Shown here: piece by piece, positions 28,157 to 37,416 of the stretch | How positions within the stretch are numbered: position 1 is the stretch's first letter | Layout of the letters: each line of letters begins with the position of its first letter | Origin: Iphione sp. A-MEVVRFRX5 | Taxonomy: Eukaryota | Direction: 5' to 3' | Length of the DNA stretch: 64,000 nucleotides | Assembly: GCA_976226885.1 (NCBI GenBank) | Contig: OZ320315.1 | Location: forward strand, 41,540,001 to 41,604,000 | Made by a program: the position numbers and the translations under genes | The notes under the pieces: model-generated | Told to the model about the DNA's origin: nothing | Databases searched by the model: none | Seen by the model: only the letters and a program-made list of their open reading frames with translations

Positions 28157-30034
28157 TCAAATGTCAATAGGCCAGTCAAGTAGGGAGAGGTCTGGCGAGA
28201 CGGGCACCATGTCTCTTTCAGACATGAAGTCACGCGCAATGAACCTGTACTTGGCCGCTGTGTGCCATCGTGACAACGCGTCAGCGAAGTCCATCTGGCT
28301 ACCAGGTACATGCTGGAACTCAAGGCGGAAACCATTATTGGCCTGATGAAACCACAGTGTCCTGGCGCAGCTCATCAGGACGTCATCGCGTCCCCTACCT
28401 GAAACATACACCTGGACAGCTGGTAAATTGTCGCAACAAACTCTTACTACTTTTCCTGCATCATTACCGTCAGTCATGGCACAGACTGCCAACATTACAT
28501 TTGCCGCCTCAATCTGCGTAATACTCATGTGCTGCATGCCAACGGGGAGAGTCTCCGCATAGTACATGTGCCCATCAGATGCCCCTATGCCACTCAAACA
28601 TGCGTCCGCCACCAGGACCCGCGACACGTCATTGCTGCCAATGATTTGGGTACCATTCCACAAAGGGAGGAACTGAAGGAACCACCTAATGTCTTTCTTT
28701 GCTGCTGACCCCAGCCTCAAATGCCTACCCTTACCGGCTCGTAGAAGGGCTAGAAGTCTGCCAACGAAGAGACGTGCTGGCCCCACACAGCGCGCGACGT
28801 GCAGGAGTTTTCCTATAATGCTCTGTAGGGACTTCCTGGTGACCGTCCGCACATTCTTGAGTCGATCCAGATCCGTCAGGATTTCATTGACCTTCTGCAA
28901 TGGGACAGAAATTAACATGTCATCAGTATTGACGTCCACTCCAAGCCAGGTGACCACCTTCCCAGGCCCCTGGGTCTTATGAACCGCTTCCGGCAAACCC
29001 AGCTGGCCGAACAAGTCCCTGGTAATCATGAACGCTCGCCTTGCTTCTTGCTCACCCGAGGCAGCGACAATCAGATCGTCAAGATACATGAAAGCACACA
29101 CATCCCGACCAGCCAATATCCTCACTAGGGCATCCGCAACCCGCTGCATGTGGTTAGATGAGCATCGCGACCCGAAGGGGATGCTCACATCCACATAGAA
29201 ACGGTCCTCCCATTTGAATGACAGTAATGGCCAGTCCCCCGGACATGCCGGGAAGTTCTTATATGCCCGAGATATATCCATGGTAAACATGAATGTGTCA
29301 GTCCCGGACAACCTAATTTTTCCCAGGAGGGACTCGACAGTTGGCAGGGAGTGATCACGTGTGGTCCCAAGCACCGTATTTTTAGGAACATAAGCATTAA
29401 CTGAACACTCTGGTGGAAAAGACATATCCGTTATTACACGACGTTGATCAGTGTCTTTCTTCGGGCGCGTCATTAATGGAGAGACATGAATCCAACCATC
29501 AAATGGGGGCTGGTCAAATGGTCCCATCAATGCGCCAAGAGAAAGTTCAGTGGCAACATACTTACTCACGTGCTCCGGGTAACTCGTTGCAGACGGATGA
29601 TTTGTCAGCATTGCAGTATCTGTTTCTGGTCCCAAGTAACCAATAGGAAAACCAAACCGAAGCAGATCTATTAGCTGTGGGTCACCTGTGTCCTGCGCCA
29701 GATACCAAGACCATGCCTCAATATTTAGCCCAGATTGAAGTGGGCAACGAGCTGCTAGTAAATTCGGATAACCAGTGTTCTTAACTTTATCATAAATGGT
29801 CGCCAATGTACTGTCCATCACTGATACATTTGCCTGTGGCCATTTCAAACGACGATAGGCAGCCATCTTATGTACATCGCATATATAGGCAATGTCATTG
29901 TTATCATCTGTTTCACAGCATTTCTTGATTGCTTGAAAGTCAATTCTGACACAATTAGTGGAGCCATACTCACATTCGGTGTGCTGGTGAACCTTTCCTA
30001 TATGTGTACGAGAGGCCGAGTTCGTTTCGGCCAT
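28157..30034 (-). CDS. pol: Ngaro RT + RNase H ORF2 (625 aa; frame open upstream into gag)
   Basis: LNIEAW...LLRFGFPIGY, MDISRAYKNF, IPFGS and YLDD (RT); VADAC, ITQIEA, CCDN and HVPG...ADALSR (DIRS-type RNase H). No methyltransferase domain. Confidence 0.95.
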   Translation of the reverse strand: MAETNSASRTHIGKVHQHTECEYGSTNCVRIDFQAIKKCCETDDNNDIAYICDVHKMAAYRRLKWPQANVSVMDSTLATIYDKVKNTGYPNLLAARCPLQSGLNIEAWSWYLAQDTGDPQLIDLLRFGFPIGYLGPETDTAMLTNHPSATSYPEHVSKYVATELSLGALMGPFDQPPFDGWIHVSPLMTRPKKDTDQRRVITDMSFPPECSVNAYVPKNTVLGTTRDHSLPTVESLLGKIRLSGTDTFMFTMDISRAYKNFPACPGDWPLLSFKWEDRFYVDVSIPFGSRCSSNHMQRVADALVRILAGRDVCAFMYLDDLIVAASGEQEARRAFMITRDLFGQLGLPEAVHKTQGPGKVVTWLGVDVNTDDMLISVPLQKVNEILTDLDRLKNVRTVTRKSLQSIIGKLLHVARCVGPARLFVGRLLALLRAGKGRHLRLGSAAKKDIRWFLQFLPLWNGTQIIGSNDVSRVLVADACLSGIGASDGHMYYAETLPVGMQHMSITQIEAANVMLAVCAMTDGNDAGKVVRVCCDNLPAVQVYVSGRGRDDVLMSCARTLWFHQANNGFRLEFQHVPGSQMDFADALSRWHTAAKYRFIARDFMSERDMVPVSPDLSLLDWPIDI

Positions 30035-30049
30035 TTCTACTCGTTTTTT
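30014..30049 (-). promoter_or_regulatory. Putative -1 programmed ribosomal frameshift signal (A_AAA_AAC + hairpin)
   Basis: Heptamer 30049-30043 in the gag frame, two codons before TAG; GGCCGA/TCGGCC hairpin at 30032-30014; a -1 shift enters the pol frame. Confidence 0.55.
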
Positions 30050-31305
30050 GCCACGTTGCTGGAAGCAGGGCGTTGCACGGGCTGGCTGGATGGCTGGGCC
30101 TTGAAATTCTGCTGCTGGTTTGGCTGCTGACGTTGCTGGTTCGTATACCTAGCTTTCTTCGAACATGCGGCAGTCGTATGGGCATGCTTGGCCCCATTAG
30201 CTGCGAAACAAAAACCACAGGCATGCAACAGGATAAAGTGGCCCTCGCAATGAGACTCACCCTTCTCCGAACATGAGCCCATACTGTATCGCGGGCACAC
30301 AACCTCAAGGGCAGGGTCCGCAGGATCAGTGGGCGCCATGCTTATGCGCAGTCTCTCGTACCGTATGGCATCTTGGTCCCTCCATGTCAGGTCATTCCGT
30401 TCTATGCGGTCAAAAACCATATTTGACCACCTCCTAACGTTACGCCACGGTCGATGTTGGGCATCTTGCGCCACATGAAAGAGGTGGTCGAGAACGAATT
30501 CCTTATCATGGGGTAAAACAGCATGTCTATCCCTAAGCATGGTAAGGTAGGCAGCAATATATTCCTTATAGGTAATTTTTGACTTATATTCATTTCTTTC
30601 TTTAGCTGTCATGCTCTGCTCTCTCTCGACATACATATGAGGTCGGGGGATAATATTCCTAATCCGAAAATCAAAGTTACCTCGAGTGGACTCCAGCTGT
30701 GACATCCATGGAGCGGCTGCATCCAAGTATGCGTCCACGTACTGCTGGACGGCCGGTCCTTGTCTGAGCTGTGTTGGAGTCGGAAATGTCGGCATTGTCT
30801 GCTGAACAGGGTATGGCGGAGGCGGAGTGGCATAATGCTGGCTTTGCTGTATTGTCGACTGCACGTGGTATGACGGTAGTGACTGCACCGGCGGGGTAGT
30901 GTAGTTTTGAAGCTGTGTAGATGGTTGCGTAACAGCAGGTCCGCTGTAAGTGGCTGGGGGGTGTCCAAGCGCGCGCTGGCTGGGCACGACGGTGCTAGAA
31001 GTTGTCTGGACCGGTTGCCCACCACTCGTTGCCGGTACCTCGTGTATTTCGCCGGTAGACTGCTGGGTGGACTGGTTCTGAAATAAATTAGACAGGTCAG
31101 TTATTTGCGTTTTTAGTCCTGCCAATTCATTGACTGCACGTTCAAGTTGCTCAAGTCTGTCGGTGATTCTCGGTTTCTGGTTGGCGTCCTTCTTGTTTGG
31201 AGCAGGCGTCCGTGGTACTTCGGTCACGTCCTGGTCCGAGCTTTGTCCACTAGATTGGCCACCGGTTTGGCCATTCTCGGGATCGGGGTTCTTCTTGGGT
31301 CCCAT
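30037..31305 (-). CDS. gag: Ngaro Gag-like ORF1 (422 aa from ATG 31305)
   Basis: N-terminal coiled coil (RLEQLERAVNELAGLKTQITDL), Q/P/T-rich linker, and C-terminal C-x7-C...H / CxxC...H...C fingers (CPRYSMGSC...HACGFC...HTTAAC). The GTG start in the ORF track (31449) lies upstream of the predicted TSS. Confidence 0.85.
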   Translation of the reverse strand: MGPKKNPDPENGQTGGQSSGQSSDQDVTEVPRTPAPNKKDANQKPRITDRLEQLERAVNELAGLKTQITDLSNLFQNQSTQQSTGEIHEVPATSGGQPVQTTSSTVVPSQRALGHPPATYSGPAVTQPSTQLQNYTTPPVQSLPSYHVQSTIQQSQHYATPPPPYPVQQTMPTFPTPTQLRQGPAVQQYVDAYLDAAAPWMSQLESTRGNFDFRIRNIIPRPHMYVEREQSMTAKERNEYKSKITYKEYIAAYLTMLRDRHAVLPHDKEFVLDHLFHVAQDAQHRPWRNVRRWSNMVFDRIERNDLTWRDQDAIRYERLRISMAPTDPADPALEVVCPRYSMGSCSEKGESHCEGHFILLHACGFCFAANGAKHAHTTAACSKKARYTNQQRQQPNQQQNFKAQPSSQPVQRPASSNVAKNE

Positions 31306-31328
31306 GTCGTAGAGAGGACGTGCACCGA

Positions 31329-31449
31329 CAGCGATCCAGGACAGCGAGTGAGGCCGGCAGCTTTTGCGCAGCCTTATATAGTCCAGGAGTAGAATATTTT
31401 TAGCTCGAGCTGACGCAATGACTGGCCATGCAAGCCTACATGCCGACAC
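31329..31449 (-). repeat. Ngaro repeat A1 (5' terminal)
   Basis: 121-bp direct repeat of 26923-27043. Confidence 0.95.
31346..31380 (-). promoter_or_regulatory. Putative Pol II core promoter in repeat A (TATA box + initiator)
   Basis: Minus strand TATATAAG at 31380-31373 and Inr-like TCACTC whose A (31349) is 31 nt downstream. TGCGTCA CRE/AP1-like site further upstream. Duplicated in A2 (26974 / 26943). Confidence 0.6.
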
Positions 31450-34400
31450 AATTTAGAGCAGTGTAGTTTCAGTGAATGAGGTATGCAGAAATACGGTCCC
31501 TGAGATTTGACTGTGCATATATTCTGAAAGCTTACCCTTGAACAAAATCGTTGCACAAATATCCTTCAAGCATATGTGTTGGTGTGATATTTTGTTTGCA
31601 CTCATGCATGTCATTCCAACAAGGAGCTGTATATTGGAAACATATCTTCACCACAGAGTTTCCTCTCTACAGGCAAACGCTTTATGGGTATACTCTCAGT
31701 TCATCTTTACCATCGCTTTAAACATTCTCCTCGCTATATTTTATTATCTCTCAGTCCGTTCCTTTTTCTCCCTGGCAACCGTCCATTCTTCTACCCTTGC
31801 TCTCTATCTGGTTTACCAATCTCTGTTCTGTGACCTCGTGCACGGCTTATCCTTAACGGTTCATGCACCCTATACCTTGCCAAAGGGTTTCCGGTCAGGT
31901 TTTTCATCTTCTAATCTCGCTACTCTTTGTTTCAGTTACGAATTTCAAACTACTTACTACACGTATTTTGCCCAAGTTCTAAACGAAAGCGCCAATTTTA
32001 GTGTTCTTTGGGTTTCCGGTTTAGTTTTCTTTTATCTGGACGTTAATGATCTTTAAGGCAAAAATGTATCACTTCTGCTGAAACTTAAGGAACACAATGA
32101 TGTATCATGTAAAAGTCTAGCCTTATTTAGTATGAAGATATTCACAAAACAATAAAAAATAAGAGGTTGCAAATGGCCACAATGGTAGGGCCGGTCGGGT
32201 CACCACCAACATGTATTTTTTGATAGACCTTAGTAAGATGAAACAGTGCAGTGCTACGATGTGGGCACTCGTCGGTTCTTACTCAAACACTTTAATTCCT
32301 GGTCTGTTTGCTTAAGTGATCGCCTTCGGATTGACTGTGTATGCACATGCATATATGCGCATTCATTTACGCGTCTGTCTAACCTTTCGGTGAATCGCAA
32401 GTTCATATCCGAAAACGGGTGGTTTCCAGGAATTTTCAGGTGGTTGTGTCCGATTGGTTTCAAGAACTTCAGGTTTACTGAACACACATAATAACACTTT
32501 ACATCGAAGATTCCACCTTATATAGATTACTTATACATTAAAACTTTCATTTATGGTGATCCTCTATGCGTAGTCAACAAATACTGTTTCTTCACTGTGA
32601 GATACAGGCCCATAACAATTAAGGGTGCTCAGGATATTGGTCGAGACACACCTACCTCCTTACAGAGCCCAAAGTCTCACATGCAGCATCGAACGACTGG
32701 AAGAGAAGAAGGGCGGGAAAGAAACAGAGGGGATAAGAAGCAGTGGGAATATCTGACACTTTCATTTGAAATTGACAATACTACTGATACTATTCCTACC
32801 AGCCAGATTTCATAACGGCAGTTTCATAAAGGCCAAACTCACATGCGCCAGGTTTCCTTACCTGTGTTTGTGTAGTTGTGAGTTGGGGTGCCTTGAGGTG
32901 CATTTGTTAAGAGCATAGTGTCTTATATGTGTGTCCGCCATCTGTCTGTGTTGCCTTATATTAGTGAACACTGCTCGATAACTCAATGCACAAATGCATT
33001 AAGGCACTTCCCCTCAACCTTTTTCCACGTTGTTACCCTTTTTATCATCAAATTCACCATTTTACTTATGTTTTCCTGTCATTCTTTTCCAATATTTGCT
33101 GCTTTTATTGGCAAATGCATCATCTTTCATACTTGTTCCGTCATTTTTGCTTGTTTTCGCTGCTTTCAGCATCAAATTCATTTTCCATACATTTGCTTGT
33201 TATTTTTGCGCCGTTTTCACCACTTTCATTTTCAAATTCATCACTTTTCATACTTCTCCTCATCAATTTTGCTGCTTTTCATGTAGCCTTAACGCAGCCT
33301 CAAAGAACATCCCCCTCCATGAGGCTGTGTGAAAACTGTTACGGTTACCAATGCACACAGAGGCCTCATGCAGCTCGATGCAGGTAGGGAAACTGGGCCT
33401 AAGATGTGTAACTACTGAGAAACATGAATATTAAAAAGAAGCGTATATGAAATGTAAAACGATAGTTGCAATTCCCAATATAGTACTTGGTCTCCATGGT
33501 GTCAGAGGAAAGTGGACTCTACAAAACTTACAAATGTCGAGTCATTACCTCGAAGGACAGCCGTAGATGCATCTTTTGAAGTATACGTGAGAAAATGTTG
33601 ATTGAAGAGATATTCTGTTTCCTAGATACGTATACCTCCTGGATCAATGCCAAGATTGCGTTTCAGTGACAGCAAGTCTTCAGATGTTAATCCAATTGAC
33701 GGTGCGACACGGTTTCACAGCTGTATCAGTGACGTGATTTGGTTCCAACCTAGGAGGCAAACCTGGAGGCAAATTATATGCAGTAAATTCACGCTTTATG
33801 ATATTAAGTCGTTTGACCTGTACACTGTATACTATTCGGGAGCACAGGAGTATTCTAGTGAGAAGGTATTAGTCATAGTAGGGCTGCTTGGCACATAAGT
33901 ACAGTAGACTCTTACCCTGCAACCACGCGGATTGGGCAACCACTCACCTAGTGCAACCACCTCTACCCAGAATGGGGTGAATTTCAGTACATTCTTTACA
34001 TGATGGTCTCTGCCTATGGTGACCACTTGTCCAAGGCAACCACTCGGCCAATGCAACCACCATTTTCAGTACAAAATGAATTGTGGTCGAATTGGATGAC
34101 CACTCACCTGTATCCAGACTGAGAACTTGGCGGTGACCTGTTCTCTAAGATGACAGTGGAGCCGCAAGCCCAGATTTGTGGTTGCCTGGGACAATCACTC
34201 ATCCATAGGAGGGTATCCAGGCCGAAAACTCAGTAGTCACCCCCATTTGGAGATGAGAGTGGAGAGTCAAGCCCAGGTCACCAATGTTGTTGGAGTGTTT
34301 CCAGCCCAAGAACTCGGCAGTAGCCCCTATTTGGAGATGAAAGTGGAGACTTAAGCCCATGTTGCCTGTATTGTTGGAGTGTTTCTGGCCTGAGAACATG

Positions 34401-35137
34401 GCAGTTGCCCACTTTGTAGGTGACATTGGAGCCTCAAGCCCAGGTCGTCCACACTGTAGGAGGTGTTAGTACAACCACTGCTTCCCTAAGAAAGAGCTTA
34501 ACAGAAGGTATCAACAGAAACAAGAGGCTCTTACTCAGCAAATTCAGCACTGTTAGAATTTTTTTTGGACTTCAACCCATCTAGTTCAGCACTTTTAGAA
34601 CTTTTGGGACATTTACCCATCCAGTTCAGCACTTTTAGGAGGGGAATGAATTTGATAGCTTGACCCCCTAACCAATGGCTTAGGGGACCACTCACCTTAG
34701 GCAACCACTTTGGTTCAGTCCCAGTGGTGGTCGCTTTAGGTGGAGGCAACTGTACCCGTATTGATGGAAGTTTATGACAATGTGGTGGATAAATGGATAC
34801 ATTTTTGCAAATATTCTGATATTATCATCCTGCAACCAAACTAAAAAGCAAAAGGTCACCCAAATGTCAGTTCTATGTGTAATGGTAAAAGAAAGGAACT
34901 GGTATTCAGAAGGAAAGTAAATGTTTATGACTTTGTGATTTTTTTTTCAACTGGGAGGGTGGTTTCTTTTGTGCTGAGAGATTTTTACCCCTCGTGAATC
35001 CCAGTCCCTGCACTCTCAATGCTAACTGACACGCATCATTGTTCTGAAAATCACGAAGAAAGGGTTATTTTTGCCAACTTCGCAAGTTCAAAATTTTATA
35101 AAAATTGGGGTCGTGACTGAGAGCAAGAGAAAGAGAG

Positions 35138-35143
<6 letters not shown>

Positions 35144-35171
<28 letters not shown>
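35144..35171. repeat. (AG)n microsatellite
   Basis: About 14 AG units. Confidence 0.95.
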
Positions 35172-36235
35172 CTCCTCACACTTCCTTGGTTTCAGAGGAA
35201 CAACCTGAGGGCATCCCCCAAGGTGATGTTCTTAGATATTTGAAATTTTTTCATATGTTTGGTCACCTCAGTATGTGGAAAAAGGTCTCTTGGGACTGCC
35301 TTTTGAGTTCTTAAAAAGTTAGATACTTGATCCTAATTGGATGATTGTTTTTAGTGATATGACAGTTGTATAAGCCAATCAGAGTGCAGCGTTCAAAGAC
35401 GGTGGGACCTTGACGAAGATAGAAATAAAATAAAGGTTAATGACGCCCCCAAAATCTATGGAAATATTACAGATAGAATTATGTGCCTTCGGATACATAA
35501 AGAAGGTATGCTAGCCATGACCTATTCCAAGTTTGGTATTTTTTGGTCAAGTAGTTGGTGTCTGAAGCCTAAACAACCTATCGCTTGTCCATGCCAGAAC
35601 CACTCATCTATGACGATTCATTGTGGGTGGAGCTATTGCTGCAAAAGTAATCTGTGAATTCACCTAAAACTATGATGCTGATATCTTAACCATTTGTTCT
35701 GTGTATTGCGCAGAATTTAATTCATCCTGTTGCCAGGATGGGAGACAAGACTATCCAGGGATGGAGATGGGCTTTTCTAGGTGAGTCCAAAGTCACTTTT
35801 GATTGACCAGAGTCGAACATAAATTTATTGAACCTATTAATCACATGACTAGTAACATCATCAGGGGATGTTTTTATAGTTTGGGATGCAAGCCAATCTG
35901 CTTGAATTTTTTTTCTAAAGCCGTTTGTGGTCAATATAATTTGTGAAGTACAGTAAAAGTACAAAAGGGGGGATCTGGTTCCCCTGTGATTATGTTTAAA
36001 ACGACATGGCTACAGGAGTCCAACAATGGCTGTATTGTAGAACTGATTCTCAGAAGCCCCTGTCCCATCTTCATGAGGCAGCCATGCATAAAGAACTTTT
36101 CTGGTAGAGGCTTACTTGTTGCAATGTGTCTTCAACTACTTCATGTTGAGCCCACTTGTAAGCCTCTAGAGTCTCTCTTAATTTGTAAGCCTCTAGAATC
36201 TCTCGTAATTTTGAATGACCAAGAAGATCCCATCT

Positions 36236-36395
36236 CAGGCCCGTAGCCAGGAAGTTTACTGGGAGTTATCAGATGATACCGTCAATACCTGAGAGGTGGA
36301 ACTAATTTTGTTTATTCCTATCACGGCATATTGTCAGAAATGTCTTTGGGGGGTACCATGCGAAACTCCCACGATATCCCTTGGCTACGGGCCTG
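36236..36395. mobile_element. 160-bp MITE with 14-bp TIRs and 5-bp TSD
   Basis: Perfect TIR caggcccgtagcca / tggctacgggcctg; CATCT duplicated at 36231-36235 and 36396-36400. Confidence 0.75.
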
Positions 36396-37164
36396 CATCT
36401 TTACGTCTACCAGATTTAGGGGCCGCAACATACATGGCCAAGTGTTCATAGACAAAGTTACTGGTTCGGGAAAAGCTGAAAAAAGAGTGTAGGTTCTTGA
36501 ACCCTCTCTATCAATGGGGATAGTGCCATTCTTTGCCTTAAAAAATCACATCTTTAACATATTTCAAGCACCTGCCAACTGTCTCACGCATGGCAGAACC
36601 TTGACTTAAGAGGGATTGCCATGAGTACTTGTTCTCACAAGCCTCATACACGTGAAGGTGGGTTCTAAAGCTAAGTTCATTGTCTAGAGTGGTGGAAATG
36701 GAGCATAAACAGCTGGCCGACTTTACGTAGGAGTCGAAGGGCCCCTCTTTTATTAGGCATTCTAGACAGTCCTTTGATACCAGAAATCATGGGGACTTTC
36801 TGTGTTTCAGAGCAATACTTCTCAAACCATTTCAGGTTAAAGTGGTACATGTGTACTGGCCCCAGGATAAAGGAGCCCATCCTATGACCATCCTCAATAT
36901 GATGTGGGTCAACCTGACGCCCCCCCCCTGTAGGGGTTGTCATAAGAGGGACAGGGATTACCTTCCCTGCAGCGGGTGGTTCTTCATCAGGATCCCGATC
37001 AGGGTGCCCTCCTCGATTGGAATCACTCAGTCTCACTTGCGCAATAGGATTCATACCCACCAGCCGACCAGCACTGGCGCACAAATCTCTCAATTCTCTC
37101 CTGGCCCACAAAATTTTATTCTTACTCCTGATCCTAACAGCAACAGAAGGAGTTCACCAGATCG

Positions 37165-37416
37165 TTCATTTCATTTCATTGTATCTTTTACCAGGAATAT
37201 ATTCACCTATCATATGACAGGGATCTTCCATATCCTCCTGGGGTAGCATACTACCATCTATTGTTGAGAATTGAGAGACCAGAATACCCAGGGTTGTCCC
37301 CTACTCTTATTTCGAATAGGTTTCTGGGGTCTTTTTGTGCATAGGGGACAGAATTCTATACACCCACGGCCTTTTTATGAGTTGTGGACCACTCTGGGTT
37401 GGGGCTACAGTAAATC
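37165..37416 (-). mobile_element. 5'-truncated SINE copy
   Basis: About 250 bp of high similarity to 49755-50004, ending in a (TGAAA)n tail on the minus strand. Confidence 0.7.

Larger units (their letters stand above)
26752..31449 (-). mobile_element. Full-length Ngaro-type tyrosine-recombinase retrotransposon (4698 bp), split direct repeats A1-ORFs-B1-A2-B2
   Basis: gag with zinc knuckles, RT/RNaseH without MT, and YR in order. A repeats (31329-31449, 26923-27043; 121 bp) and B repeats (27042-27150, 26752-26860; 109 bp) are each identical by eye. The AC dinucleotide of the internal B1/A2 junction is present at both host junctions. Confidence 0.93.

Noticed and set aside
28157-28165. UGA readthrough as the route to a Pol-YR polyprotein
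   Set aside because: Not excluded, but the context UGA-ACU is not a known strong readthrough motif, and the overlapping 3' splice site explains the arrangement better.
27458-30593. Antisense and alternative-frame ORFs inside the Ngaro element (also 56885-57811 in the DIRS element)
   Set aside because: Short, without motifs, and expected in GC-balanced coding DNA.
31306-31449. 48-aa N-terminal extension of Ngaro gag (MSACRLAW...) and its twin ORF at 26759-27076
   Set aside because: It starts at GTG at the element edge, upstream of the predicted TATA/TSS. It is an artefact of repeat A being open.
31538-32056. 172-aa hydrophobic ORF beside the Ngaro 5' end
   Set aside because: TTG start. It is the antisense of a purine-rich, stop-riddled stretch, and no family is recognisable.
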